A DNA stretch of 64,000 nt from Eledone cirrhosa (lineage: Eukaryota). The stretch covers positions 56,606,001 to 56,670,000 of the forward strand of contig OZ024747.1 of the NCBI GenBank assembly GCA_964016885.1, given 5' to 3'. The notes beneath the pieces are model-generated. The model worked only from the letters and a program-made list of their open reading frames with translations, had not been told where the DNA came from and made no database searches. Numbering within the stretch: the stretch's first letter is position 1; each line of letters starts with the position of its first letter. Position numbers and translations under genes: made by a program. This document shows positions 38,871 through 53,080 of this stretch, piece after piece.

Positions 38871-39324
38871 ATATATATATATATCATAATCCACCTGGTT
38901 GTTGTGGGGCTGATAACGATGTTAGAATTCAATGTGTCCTTGGAAGCAAAAGATGGTTGCAGCAATATTCAGCAGTGTGACCAGTAGTTTTTGTGGTAGG
39001 TGATGACCACCTGAGGTATCCTCAAATAAAATCCGTCCGGGTTACAGAGACATTTATATATATGTGTTTGTGCATAGAACAATAAAAAAAAAACAGAAGC
39101 CAGGTGTAGGTAGATAGTTAGTTCATTGTTTTACGATCGTTTCAGTGGGTTGATTGATGGAGATCATTGTATTGACTAGCATGGTAGTGGTCATGTTACT
39201 AGATATTTCTAGTCTCAAAATCCCTATTGATCTCTAGCAATCAATTGAGCCACTTAAATAATTGTAAAATAATGAACTATATATATATATATACATATAC
39301 ATAAATCTATATACATATATAGGT

Positions 39325-39361
<37 letters not shown>

Positions 39362-39401
39362 CGAAACATAAGTCAATTGCATGAACTCATAATCCTTTAT
39401 T

Positions 39402-39459
39402 TACTGCTATATATATTTCGATGATAGCCATTGAATGGCTATGACCTCATCAGGCAGTT
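39402..39459 (-). ncRNA. Minimal type I hammerhead ribozyme motif
   Basis: ACUGC-CUGAUGA-GGUcAUAGCCAU(uca)AUGGCUAUcAUC-GAAA-UAUAUA-UA|GCAGU, followed by AAUAAA. Confidence 0.85.
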
Positions 39460-39510
39460 AGTCAGTTCTTAGATATGCCAGCTCTGTGTTTATAGTGTTG
39501 ATGGTATATT

Positions 39511-40480
39511 GCTTAGTGGTTAGAGCATTGGCCTTGCAATCGAAAGGTTATGAGTTCAATTCTCAGACCGGGTGATGTGTTGTTTCCTTGAGCAAAACAC
39601 TTTATTTCACATTGCTCCAGTTTACTCAGCTGTAGAAATGAGATGATAGGGACTGGGGTCCCTATCATTCCACTGCAAAGTGGTCGTAGAGGTGCCACAC
39701 CAAAAAAGCACCCACCACTCACTGTAAATGAGGTTGGTGTTAGGAAGGGCATCAGACTCAGACTCAGAAGCTCCCGCGTCTTGCGACGCATGAGGCAATC
39801 ATAGTGTTCCACCGCGTTTGGTCAGCAGCCAGTTGCACAGCGTCCCGCCATTGTCTGTTTGTCGCTCGCAGGTCCCTCTCAACTGTCTGGCGCCAGTTCA
39901 TTTTGGGTCGCCCTTTCCGTCTGCTTCCCTGTGGGTTCCATTTAAGTACTTGGTTCGCCAGTCTCTCCGGGGGAAGTCTCAAAGCGTGCCAAAACCAGCC
40001 CAGGCGTCGCTTGCAAATGGCAGAAGAGACCAGCTGCTGGTTGGTGCGGTTCCTGATTTCCTGGTTTGTTACATGGTCACTCCATTTAATCCCCAGGATC
40101 TTTCGCAGACACCTGGAATCGAATGCGTCCAACTTCTTCTCTTGGCTGGTCTTAAGGTGCCATGTTTCACTTCCGTACAAGAGTGTGGACAGCACGTTGC
40201 TGTTGTAGAATCTCATCTTTGTTTTGAGGGTGAACTTCCTGCTCTTCCAGATCTTGACAAGCTGGTTAAATGCTGCTGAAGCCTTTCCCATTCTACATTG
40301 CAATTCACTGTCCATGGCGCCCCCATTGTCAATGGAGCTTCCTAGGTAGGTGAAGTTGTCCACTATCTCCACCTCCCCTGTTCAATGAAACATCAATGAA
40401 GGGCATCCAGCTGTAGAAATCAAGCCAGAATCAGTTCCCGTCCCACCCTTGCAAGCAGGGAAAAAGTGGACGGAAAATGA
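39511..40480 (+). mobile_element. Second RTE-tailed SINE family B copy, split by the LINE at 39754-40397
   Basis: Matches 29420-29774 once the insertion and one TSD copy are removed. Confidence 0.85.
39754..40397 (-). mobile_element. 5'-truncated RTE/BovB-like LINE, open C-terminal frame, (TGAGTC)n tail, 10-bp TSD
   Basis: EIVDNFTYLGS...LLYGSETW...GSRRKGRPKMNW; TSD gaagggcatc at 39744-39753 and 40398-40407. Confidence 0.92.
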
Positions 40481-40499
40481 ATTTCTTTTATATATATAC

Positions 40500-40534
<35 letters not shown>

Positions 40535-40536
40535 TG

Positions 40537-40630
40537 AACCAGTAAGACCCCGACGGCTGAGCTCAAGCCGTTTCGACGGCGAATTAGCCGTCGAAACGGC
40601 TTGAGCTCAGCCGTCGGGGTCTTACTGGTT
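40537..40630. repeat. Perfect 44-bp-arm palindrome with a 6-nt spacer
   Basis: aaccagtaagacccc...gacggc gaatta gccgtc...ggggtcttactggtt. Confidence 0.95.
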
Positions 40631-40710
40631 CCTATTACCCACTCTACTACCCTAAGTATTGAGTACTTTGGTGCGTTATGGTCCACCTGGTTCCTTACCA
40701 CATTTCCTTC

Positions 40711-40803
<93 letters not shown>

Positions 40804-40820
40804 ATATATATATCTATATC

Positions 40821-40855
<35 letters not shown>

Positions 40856-40905
40856 ATATATATATCTATATATATATATATATATATATATATAGATAGA
40901 TATAT

Positions 40906-40966
<61 letters not shown>

Positions 40967-40983
40967 TAGATAGATAGATATAT

Positions 40984-41034
<51 letters not shown>

Positions 41035-41713
41035 TATACACACATTTATAAGTATATATGATGAGATTTGTGCAGTTTTCATTTACCAATTTCACTCAAA
41101 AGTCTTTGGGCTGTCCAAGGCTATAGTTGGAGTCACAAGGTGACATTCAGTGGAGTAGAACTTGAAACCCATAGTTTCAATGTAAACCCAAACACAATTC
41201 ACTTTATTCCACTATGTGCATTACTCAATGAAATTAAATTGTAAAATAGAAAGCTAATATCCTTTAAGTAAGAACATTAAAACAGTTAACAAGCTTAAAG
41301 AATCTTCACGTAATAGAACTTGATTAGTAAATAGTTTAGACTTAGATTATTGAAAATTAGATTTTTAAGTATCTAGTCTCTATTTATTTAATAGCAATCA
41401 TGGAAATAATGATGATACGTTGTAAGATTTCAAATTGAATCAGAATTTAGAAGAAAAAATAGATATGTTTTGATAGTGAGATGTGGCAATGAGTGTGGAA
41501 TATCTGTAGAGAAATCGAATATTTGTGACAGGGATGTGAGAAAGTCTGCTGCTGTATATTTTTTTGTGAAATGTTGGAGGAAGTATATGGAATAGAAGTT
41601 AGTTGAGTGATTGTGTAGTGTAACAACTAGATAAATGCTGGTTGTGGAATGTGGGTGATGTATTTGGAGTGAATTGAGTGGTTGTGATGTGTTTTTTTGT
41701 GTAATGTAGTAAC

Positions 41714-41858
41714 AATAATAATAGTTTCTACTTTAGGCACACAGCAAGCTATTTTGGGGAAGGGGAAAGTCGATTAAATCGACCCCAGTGCATGACTGGT
41801 ATTTTATTTTATCGACCCTATAAGAACGAAAGGCTAAGTTAACCTCGGTGGGATTTAA
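41714..41858 (-). mobile_element. SINE family A-related partial copy (variant subfamily)
   Basis: Shares the core and tail; has an extra ggggtcgatttaatcgact segment. Confidence 0.7.
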
Positions 41859-41899
41859 TAATGATAATAATATTAACAACTATATGTAACAGAAGAATC

Positions 41900-42180
41900 A
41901 CGGGAAAGAAAGAATCATTGGACAGATTTCACAGGCAAAACTAAATGTCAGGAAACCCAAGGATAGACCCCAAGCAAGATTGTTGAAAGATAACATCCAT
42001 GAGCTTGATTGGTTACACTTGGAGAACCAGCTAGATCAATTGGATACAGCTACTTCTGACAGGATTCACTGGAAGGAGTACTTGAGGACTCTGCTCACAT
42101 AAACCTCCATGGAATAAATAGGTAAAGAAGAAGAAGAAGAAGAAGAAGAAGAAGAAGAAGAAGAAGAAGAAGAAGAAGAA
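41900..42180 (+). mobile_element. Decayed RTE-like 3' end with (GAA)n tail
   Basis: Related to 60060-60330 (kprg-rp..rwlD.i remnants followed by gaagaagaa). Confidence 0.5.
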
Positions 42181-42830
42181 GGAGGAGGAGGACGAGGAGG
42201 ACGAGGAGGATAAGAAGAAGATGGTTTTCCTCCTGTTTACCTTTTTGTTTTGTTTTTTTTTATTTTTTTGTTTTCTAGACTCAGAAGAATTTTCTCAGTT
42301 ATCTTTGCATATCGAAGAAAAATGATAAATGATTAAAAAAAACCCATAAAGGAATTCAATTAAATTAAAGATCTCTAATATGTTTCTTATCAAGCATCTA
42401 AATGGATTTTAAGGTATTTCTTTTTACTTACATCCTTCTCAGAATACATTCTAGAAAGTTGAGACTTAAATCGGAAGATTTAGAGAAAAGCTGAAAATGA
42501 TAAGAGAATTAACAAAGTTTGTTTTATAAATGTTTCTATCATGCTTGGGTAATCTTCTCAGTTATATGTGTTTATTCATTTATTTATATTATTAATGTTA
42601 TTGTTTTTTTTTTGTTTTTTTTTTTGGTAAATGACATACTTCCCCTGGGTATATAGAAACAAATATGTATACAGATAGATACAAACACACACCCACACAG
42701 ACACACACACTCGAACACACATGTATATCCAAAAGTAAAATGGAATGATGTATATATATATATATATTATATATATATACATCATTCCATCTGTATACAT
42801 ATTTGTTTCTATATATATATATATATTTGT

Positions 42831-43045
42831 GGAGGCGTGTGGCTGAGTGGTTAGAGAATTGGATTCACAATCGCGAGGTTGTGAGTTCGATTCCCGGACC
42901 AGGTGATGCGTTGGGCAAGACACTTTATTTCCCGTTGCTCCTTCTACCCGGAGTTGCGACCGATAGAGAGTATTAGCAATTAGAAAGACCAATGGAAACA
43001 TCGTTTCCTAGGTCCGATTTGACAAAAAAGTCGATCGACTGTCGA
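42831..43045 (+). mobile_element. SINE family B
   Basis: A/B boxes; same tail as the 4060 copy. Confidence 0.85.
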
Positions 43046-43145
43046 TATATATATATAGAAAGAGAGAGGCTTTAAAAATTAACAAGACAACAAAATATAT
43101 ATATCATGTTTGTATGCATATATATATATATATATATATATTTAC

Positions 43146-43178
<33 letters not shown>

Positions 43179-43180
43179 TT

Positions 43181-43254
43181 CAGGGTGTCTCCAAAAAATG
43201 TATACACACTTTGATATTTATTAGAATGGTGAATATATTTTTGGGGACACCCTG
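43181..43254. mobile_element. 74-bp Tc1/mariner-type MITE
   Basis: TIRs cagggtgtctccaaaaa / tttttggggacaccctg, in a TA context. Confidence 0.7.
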
Positions 43255-44153
43255 TACATATATATATATATATGTTATTTTTGGGGAGGGTCATATTGTT
43301 ATAATATTGCCAGAAATAATAACAGAACACAATCACTATTTGGTTGGTTTTCGCTTCTATGTCTTTTATATCTCCATACTTAATCTATTTGGCAATCAAT
43401 GTTTATCATTGATTGACCAACGGTTAAAAATACAGATATAAATATATATATATATCTTCTTTGTCATCGTTTAACTTCATTGATCAATGTTTGCAATGGG
43501 TTAGACAGCTGTAATGTGCTGAGGTCAGACTGGTCAGGTGAATAGGTTCTGTTTGTATGCTTAATTTTGGCTTGGTTTCTATGGCTGGATGCCTATCCTA
43601 ACACCAACCACTTTGCAGTGTGCATTGGGACCACTTTATTGTTAATCTGGCTTTAGCACCTTTACAGGGTCGACTGGGTGCTTTTGTTTTTGCACCAGTC
43701 CTACCGCATTATTACACTGGGGTTTTCAGTGTACTTGATCTTGCAGGGGAGTCATTAGTGAGGATTGGGTCAAGCAAGATATCTGATATATTGGGGAGTG
43801 TGCCCCGTTTTCCTTGATGTTCTAAAAGGGATGTTTATATAAGGCTTGGAGCAATTTGTTGGCTGGTTAATGTCTGTCATTGTGGGGTATGTCAGGCTTT
43901 TCTGTGTTGGGAAAGTGTTGGTGGTGCTAGGGTTCAGCAGAGGAGATGAATCAGTCAAAGTTCATTCTAGATTTTCACGCTAGCATTGGTTGAGCAAGGA
44001 TATCAGGAGTATACTTCCAGGCAAGCATGTGCATGTTGTTCCATCTATCTGTTTCTTTGGGTTTAGAGAGTGGAAGGGGATCAGGGGCATGCTGGCAGAA
44101 AATTAAGGAGAGGCAGATTTATACATGTAAATGAAACTTTCTCATTTTTTCTA

Positions 44154-44195
<42 letters not shown>

Positions 44196-45101
44196 ATGTG
44201 ATTGACAGCTGAGAGAAAAGAATACTTGATACAAAGTAGAGTTTTAATTTTCATTTTATTAAAGCAAAATAGTGAGTCATGTTTTTCTGGAGTTTCTCTC
44301 ATTTATTACAGGTTCATTAGTAAATTTGGCTATAGGTACAAAACCTCTATGGTCATAGTCCTACAAAATGGACAGGCCTAGCCCTGATCCCTACCAGCTC
44401 CACAGCTGGTCAATTATGTTCTTTTTCTGGCTACTATTCTTTTTTCTTTTGGTTTCCCCACCTCTTCTGCTTATTAGCCCATCTAGAAAAGTTTGCAGTA
44501 CACACCTGTGTGAGATGTGTATACAACTTGTTATAATTGTGTGTTGGTAAACAAGATTATCTTTTTCATACCTGAAGGTTTGTTTAGTTGATGTTAGATG
44601 GCCTGCAAAATCTTGGTTACTACTCATCATTACCTGCTGACTAATTTATTTCAAAGAGGTGGAAGTGATTCTTCAGCTATGTTTAGCATTGGTCTCATGA
44701 TAAAATGCACACAATAAGCTATCTAAAGTGGCTGGTGATAGGAAAGGCATCCAGCCAGAGCAAATTTGCTAAACAAAGAGTTGAAAGCACTGTTCAATGC
44801 TTCAAAGGTATGAGAGCCTCTTTTGAGCTGGTGCCATCATAAAATGTACCAAGTTGAATGTGGCAACTTATCTAAGCCAGATAGAGCCTGTTTGTAAGCA
44901 AGGGCTCAGCAACTGTGATTAAGTATTGGTATGGGCTGTGTTAAGATATCTAACCCTTGTTAGCAAAAGCATAGCTAGAGGAGGGTGATGGAATAGGTCT
45001 AGTCCAGGTGACACTTTTATGGGGGAAGCATATTTGGGTCTGCTGGAGGAATAAGGGTTCTTTAATTCTGCAGCTTAATATTATAATTGTACACAGACTA
45101 A

Positions 45102-45167
<66 letters not shown>

Positions 45168-45251
45168 AAAGGTAAACAGAAATAACACCACAATCGGTAC
45201 ATTATATGGAAGGAGTATATTAGATTAACACTTGAAATAGCAGAAAGAGGG

Positions 45252-45287
45252 TCTTAACGTTTTGGACGCTAGTCTTTCATCAGAAGA
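45252..45287 (-). ncRNA. Decayed hammerhead ribozyme motif (G12A)
   Basis: UCUU-CUGAUGA-AAGAC(uagc)GUCC-AAAA-CG-UU|AAGA; the catalytic G12 is lost, so it is probably inactive. Confidence 0.5.
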
Positions 45288-45424
45288 AAGAATGGGAAAT
45301 TAGAAAGATTGAAGGGATGGGCGGGGTGGAATTGGAAAAATGGTTTAAGAGAAAAATAACAGGTCCATTCATGTTGCCATATCTTGGAAAACTTTTGATG
45401 CTGGCGTTTTGTGTATGATATACA

Positions 45425-45574
45425 TATCATCATCATTTTACGTCCGCTTTTCCATGCTTGCAAGGGTGGGACGGGTCCTATTCAGCACAGCATCTCTCCC
45501 CTTGTCACGGTCCTCCGTCATCTCCTCTGTGAGCTTCAGCGAACTGAGGTCTGCTCTCACCACCTCTGCCCATG

Positions 45575-45576
<2 letters not shown>
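45425..45576 (-). mobile_element. Short RTE 3' end
   Basis: TWAEVVRADL..LTEEMTEDR..RDAVL followed by a (GAT)n tail. Confidence 0.8.
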
Positions 45577-45622
<46 letters not shown>

Positions 45623-46171
45623 TTAAGAGTGAGTCACTGAGCAATATGTATTTTTTGTGGGGACCCGAGGGTGATAAACTGAAGGGCTTCCCCGGGTAGC
45701 ATATGCCCTAGCTATGTCACTGCTTGTTAGAGAAAAGATGGACATTAAATAATGATGAAAATTAATGTATATTTTCAAGAACAAGTTTCAGCTTTTCCCA
45801 CATAAACATAATATGAAAAACTCAGTATGAAACCAGACCTCAATTAAAAACACTTGGTAGGTTGTAAATGTAAAATGTAAAATGGAGAATTGAGTAATAT
45901 GCAGGTGTAATGGTCTTCCTCAACATTTACATCAATCATATTCACTTACAAGGTTTGTTGTTCAGCTTGAGTCTATCATAGAAGTCATTTGCTCTAGGTA
46001 CCATTGAATCTAAAACCATGTTGTTGTAAAGCAAACTTCTTAAACACACAGCCAAGCATGGCCCTATTGGGAAAGCAAAATCACAATATATATGTATGTA
46101 TGCATGTGTGTGTAGTGTGTTTATATATATATATATATCATCATCATCATTTTAATGTTCATTTTCCCTAT

Positions 46172-46231
<60 letters not shown>

Positions 46232-46258
46232 CTATATATGTATATATATTTATATATA

Positions 46259-46397
<139 letters not shown>

Positions 46398-47515
46398 AGG
46401 AAATAAAAATGAAAAAATTATAGAAAATATTCAAAATAATAAAAAAAAATCAATAAAAGCAGGGGTTGAATAAGATTAGGTTTTATAGACTGCATATATT
46501 CCTTTGTAAAGGCCAAAGCAAGCACAATCCTTAAAAGACTTCAAACTTCTTAACGCTAAATGGTGCTATATCAAGTTAAATTATAAACATCACCAAAAGC
46601 ATCACAATCACCAATCACCATTATAATATATCGATGAATATACATTAAACTGACGAAGAATATATCAGATATATCTGAAGGAAAGAGATATGCTGGAATG
46701 CACTGAACTTAAAAAGCCACTGCCACACCATTCTTCATTTTCTTCTTCTTCTTCTTCTTCTTTTCTTTCTTCTTTTTCTTTTTCTTCTTCATTTCTTCTT
46801 CATTTCTTCTTCTTCTTCTTCTTCTTCTTCTCCTTCTTCTTCTTCTCCTTCTTCTTCTTCTCCTCCTTCTCCTCCTCCTCCTCCTTTGTCTTTGTCTTTG
46901 TCTTCCTACCACCATGTTTTGAGACACGATGCAACTCCCAGCTCTTAGCTCTCGGTTCTTCTCAAAACTGAACCCTTCTTTGTAGAAATATATCGATGAT
47001 GATGTATATTCTGTCAAGTAGCAAATACTGCTGAATAGAATAGAATAGAAATTCTTTGAAAACCTCTTTGATATTTTTCTTACAAAACATTGCTATTCGC
47101 TAAATGTATTTACAAGATTCTTAAATGGGATTAAAGCTGAAATCCATGGTCTGCCTGGCTCTCCAATTAACTGATCCATGAACAAATAAACAATTACTGA
47201 CAATTAAATACTAATGTTCTTCCATACCTCCATCTTTATTCTTTCTGATCTTTACACAATGAAATTCCTTTGAGACTTGCTAAACACAATTAATATTGGT
47301 TTTTCTACCCTACCTCCAGTACTATGCTCCCTTTATCTATGTCTATATTGTTATATCATTTTTATCTTCTTCTTCTCTTTCCTCCCACTCCTGCTTAATC
47401 CGGTTCCTTCCTTCATCCCCTCTTCCTCTCTTCTTTTAACTATATATATATATATATGGTATATATATATATATGTGTATATATATATGTTTATATATAC
47501 GTATATATGTATATA

Positions 47516-47595
<80 letters not shown>

Positions 47596-47608
47596 TTATA
47601 TTTATATA

Positions 47609-47647
<39 letters not shown>

Positions 47648-47650
47648 ATA

Positions 47651-47701
<51 letters not shown>

Positions 47702-47764
47702 ATATATATGTATATATATACATATATATATATATATATTTATATTTATGTATATATATATATG

Positions 47765-47795
<31 letters not shown>

Positions 47796-47934
47796 GTATA
47801 TATATACATACATACATATATGTATATATATGTATGTATGCGTGTAGGTATATATGTATGTATATTTATTAATATTATCATCATTTAATGTCCATTTTCC
47901 CTTCTTGCATGGGTTATATATATATATATAACCC

Positions 47935-47975
<41 letters not shown>

Positions 47976-48828
47976 CACATACATACACACATACATACAT
48001 ATATGAGCACACAAATATATATGTATATATCTGTGGATGTATGTATATATTTATATGTTTACATTAATATATCTCATTTTCATATTTCAATTTTTGTTTA
48101 TTTTTATTTGTAAGTCAGTCTTACATACTTTCACAAATCTATCTATCAAACAACAACAATATACACACACACACACACACTCTCTCTCTCTATCTCTCTC
48201 TCTCTCTCTCTCTGAAAATATATATGATATATATATATGATATATATATATGATATATATATATATATGATATATATGTGATATATATCTATATAATATA
48301 TATATATATATAATATATATATATGATATATATATGATATATATATGATATATATATATATACATATATATATATACATACATATATACATATATATATA
48401 TACACATATATATACATACATATATCTACCAACCTCTCTACCCATCAAATTAGATAATCTTTTTCAATTGTTTGTATGTATTTCCTCTTTTTATTGTCTT
48501 ACCAAACTTTCCTTCCTTCCAAGCCATCCTTTCTTTATCTTCTTCCAATCCCTCCATCTTACACATCTTTAACTCTCAGCTTGAGTCGATATTGGAGAGA
48601 ATATCTCACTTACATAGCATTAAGGTTTTGAAATGGTTCAATCAATGCCAGAATCCACCTTATCCTCTAAGATATTTGGTCAAAGAATTTGCTTCCAACA
48701 TGCATTTTTATCTGATTAATATTTATTTCACTATAATGACATTGAATACTTCATTATGGTATTTTGGCCACTATATATCCTCTTTGATGCTGCTGTATAT
48801 ATATTTGGATATATACATAAATATATAC

Positions 48829-48904
<76 letters not shown>

Positions 48905-49169
48905 GTATATATATATGTGTGTGTGTATATATATATAGATAGATAGATAGATATAGATATAGATATAGATATAGATGTAGATATAGATATAGCCTTTCCT
49001 TTGTAGACATGCTTCTAATCATATTTTGAAAAACATGTTGTAGATTATGACTAAGTGTCCTTCGACCTCCAAATATTTCAGACTTATTTTTGGAAAAACA
49101 AAATTGTCTCATATGAGAGGTGGATGGGTGGGAGATACAGTACTCACATGCTTACTTGCATACATTAAC

Positions 49170-49249
<80 letters not shown>

Positions 49250-49628
49250 CCTGCAATCTTGCCTTAAACCAGTCCTCTTTTCTTAGCTTGCTTTTTTCCT
49301 AATACCACCAGCCATGGCTGGTAGACAATAACGCACACATCTTTTCACTTGGTATCTGCACTTTATTTTGTACCACATAAGTAAGTACATGGTAAGTACA
49401 TAATAGGTAAAGGCATCCCATGGGAGACCCAATGATAGACCCGAAGCATTTTTGGTTGAAAGATAACATCCATGAACTTGGCTGAAGCAGAAAAAGAAGG
49501 AGAAGAAGAACGTAAGTGCAGAGGTGATGAGGAATGATATATTGTTGGGAAAGGGTTGACTTTGATTTTCATTTTTTCACGACTCTTCTTCAGCTTCATC
49601 ATCATCATTATGATGATCATCATCATTA

Positions 49629-49820
49629 GGGCAGTGGATTGGCAGTATCGGTAGAGGGTCGGACGCCATGCTTTGGCGCAAAGAGTTGCGGCCCTTTCCA
49701 TTCTGAGTTCAAATCCCGCCGAGGTTAACTTTGCCTTTCATCCTTACGGGGTCGATAAAATAAAGTACCAGTAATACATTGGGTAATTGCTGGCCTTGTG
49801 CCAAAAGTAGAAACAATTAT
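49629..49820 (+). mobile_element. SINE family A
   Basis: Full match to the other copies. Confidence 0.9.
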
Positions 49821-50189
49821 GATCATCATCGTCATCATCGTTTAACGTCCATCTTCCACGCTATCATGGGTTGGATGGGTTGTCCAATTTGAGGCAAGCT
49901 GGATCAGGTAACCATATCTTGCTCATATAGAACTGTTTCTGGTTAGGTTTCTATGGCTAGATGCCCTTCCTAATGCCAAGAATTGAAAATCCTCAAGAAT
50001 TGAAAATCTATAGGACCCTGTCAAACCATAGGGATATTCTTGAGCTAAGGATCATTGTGGGTAGAGAAATTTGAACGATATGACTGATGTTGTAGGATCA
50101 AATGCCTCACTGTTAAACTTGTATCAACTAAACCTAGTTAAGAAGGGGGAGACTGATATATAAGACACTGAAGCAAATGACAGAAGAAC

Positions 50190-50550
50190 AAGCAACAAAA
50201 ATTGATTTCCATGTGTCTAACACACGTGGGCATGCCCACAAAGTCAGAAAACAGTACAGTTCCCATGACTTTCGGAAACATTTTTTCACGCTCAGAATCG
50301 CTGAAGCATGGAACAAACTACCTGCATTGGTTGTTAGCTGTCGAGACACTGCATCCTTTAAAACCTCCATGTTTCCCGAGATTCGCCAACACTACACCTA
50401 ATGTTCCCCCTCCATACATATACACACATGTATATCATGACTCATACACTATTCACTTCCCTGACATTTGTGTATTATTCTATGTACTATACATGCACCT
50501 TTGACGAGTTGTAGTGCACCTGAGCACTTTACACAATAATTTCATTATTA
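50190..50550 (+). mobile_element. CR1-clade LINE 3' end
   Basis: C-terminal signature NTRGHAHKV..FRKHFFTLRIAEAWNKLP..FK, then 3' UTR and short (ATT)n tail. Confidence 0.85.
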
Positions 50551-50579
50551 TAAAAAATAGCAGGGCTCCTGAGAGGAGA

Positions 50580-50595
50580 GATGATGTCGATGATT

Positions 50596-50644
<49 letters not shown>

Positions 50645-50762
50645 CGATGACGATGACGGTGATGATGACGATGATGATGCTGATGATGATGATGATGATG
50701 ATGATGACAATGATGTCGATGATTATGATGATGATGATGATGATGATGATGAAGATGATGAC

Positions 50763-50793
<31 letters not shown>

Positions 50794-52589
50794 TTGATGA
50801 TGTTGATGATGGTGATGATGATGGTGTTGATGGTGATGATGATGGTGTTGAGACAAAGGAAGATATTAGAGATGGGAGTATTGGTTGTAGTGGTGAGGAT
50901 AATTATGTTATTGATTGGTGGTAGTGGTAGTGGTAGTGGTAGTGGTAGTGGTAGTGGTAGTGCTGGTGACAACGTTGTTGTTGTTGTTGTGATTGTTAGT
51001 GATGAGACAGACTGCAGTGTTTGTGGTAATGATTGTGATGATGATGATGATGATAAAAGATGTAGATGTTGGCCACGCTGCTGCTGATGATGATGATGGA
51101 AAGTGCTGGTGGTGATAATGAGGATGTTGGTGATGATGATGGTGATGGTGACACTAATGATGATGATGATGATGGCGATAATGATGAATGTTAATGGTGG
51201 TCTTGGTAGTGATGGTGATGGTGATGATGATGCCAATGATGGTGGTGATGATGATGATGATGATAATAATAATAATGGTGGTCTTGGTAGTGATGGTGAT
51301 GATGATGGTGATGATGATGCCAATGATGGTGGTGATGATGATGATGATGATGATGATAATAATGGTGGTGTTGGTGGTGATGGTGATGATGATGGTGATG
51401 ATGATGCCAATGATGGTGGTGATGATGATGATGATGATGATGATAATAATGGTGGTCTTGGTAGTGATGGTGATGATGATGGTGATGATGATGCCAATGA
51501 TGGTGGTGATGATGATGATGATGATGATGATAATAATGGTGGTGTTGGTGGTGATGGTGATGATGATGATGGTGATGATGATGCCAATGATGGTGGTGAT
51601 GATGATGATGATGATGATAATAATAATGGTGGTCTTGGTAGTGATGGTGATGATGATGGTGATGATGATGCCAATGATGGTGGTGATGATGATGATGATG
51701 ATGATGATAATAATGGTGGTGTTGGTGGTGATGGTGATGATGATGGTGATGATGATGCCAATGATGGTGGTGATGATGATGATGATGATGATGATAATAA
51801 TGGTGGTCTTGGTAGTGATGGTGATGATGATGATGGTGATGATGATGCCAATGATGGTGGTGATGATGATGATGATGATGATGATAATAATGGTGGTGTT
51901 GGTGGTGATGATGATGATGATGATGATGATAATAATGGTGGTGTTGGTGGTGATGGTGATGATGATGATGGTGATGATGATGCCAATGATGGTGGTGATG
52001 ATGATGATGATGATGATGATAATAATAATAATGGTGGTCTTGGTAGTGATGGTGATGATGATAGTGATGATGATGCCAATGAGGGTGGTGATGATGATGA
52101 TGATGATGATGATAATAATGGTGGTGTTGGTGGTGATGGTGATGATGATGATGGTGATGATGATGCCAATGATGGTGGTGATGATGATGATGATGATGAT
52201 GATAATAATAATAATGGTGGTCTTGGTAGTGATGGTGATGATGATGGTGATGATGATGCCAATGAGGGTGGTGATGATGATGATGATGATGATGATGATA
52301 ATAATGGTGGTGTTGGTGGTGATGGTGATGATGATGATGGTGATGATGATGCCAATGATGGTGGTGATGATGATGATGATGATAATAATAATAATGGTGG
52401 TCTTGGTAGTGATGGTGATGATGATGGTGATGATGATGCCAATGATGGTGGTGATGATGATGATGATGATGATGATGATAATAATGGTGGTGTTGGTGGT
52501 GATGATGATGATGATGATGGTGATGATGATGCCAATGATGGTGGTGATGATGATGATGATGATGGTGATGATGATGCCAATGATGGTGG

Positions 52590-52620
<31 letters not shown>

Positions 52621-52700
52621 AATGGTGGTGTTGGTGGTGATGATGATGATGATGATGGTGATGATAGAAAAGATGGTTGTGTTGCTGGTGGTGATAATGT

Positions 52701-52735
<35 letters not shown>

Positions 52736-52801
52736 GTGGTAGAGGTGTTGATGGTGACGATGATGACGAGAACATCAACAACAATGATGATGATGATGGT
52801 A

Positions 52802-52844
<43 letters not shown>

Positions 52845-52885
52845 CGATGGTGATGATGTTGATGGCAGTGATGACAGTGATGGTG
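50580..52885. repeat. (GAT)n-derived ~60-bp minisatellite (core 51190-52640)
   Basis: Unit aataatggtggt(ctt ggt agt | gtt ggt ggt)gatggtgat..gccaatgatggtggt(gat)n. Confidence 0.95.
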
Positions 52886-52999
52886 AGCACAAAAGTAAAA
52901 TAAGTGATAAAACTATTTTAGAATAATTGAAAATGAAACCATAGAAAGAAAAATGTTTCAATATCGAAAATAACAGATTTTGACACACACGGATAAGTG

Positions 53000-53044
53000 T
53001 GCAAACATGAGCATGTACACACATACTTACAGAGAGAGGGAGAC

Positions 53045-53080
<36 letters not shown>

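Noticed and set aside
44633-44680. Minus-strand CUGAAGA...GAAA...GUC
   Set aside because: Neither stem I nor stem II can pair.
46650-46690. CUGACGA + hairpin + GAAG, hammerhead-like
   Set aside because: No UH cleavage site and no closing stem I; at best a fragment.
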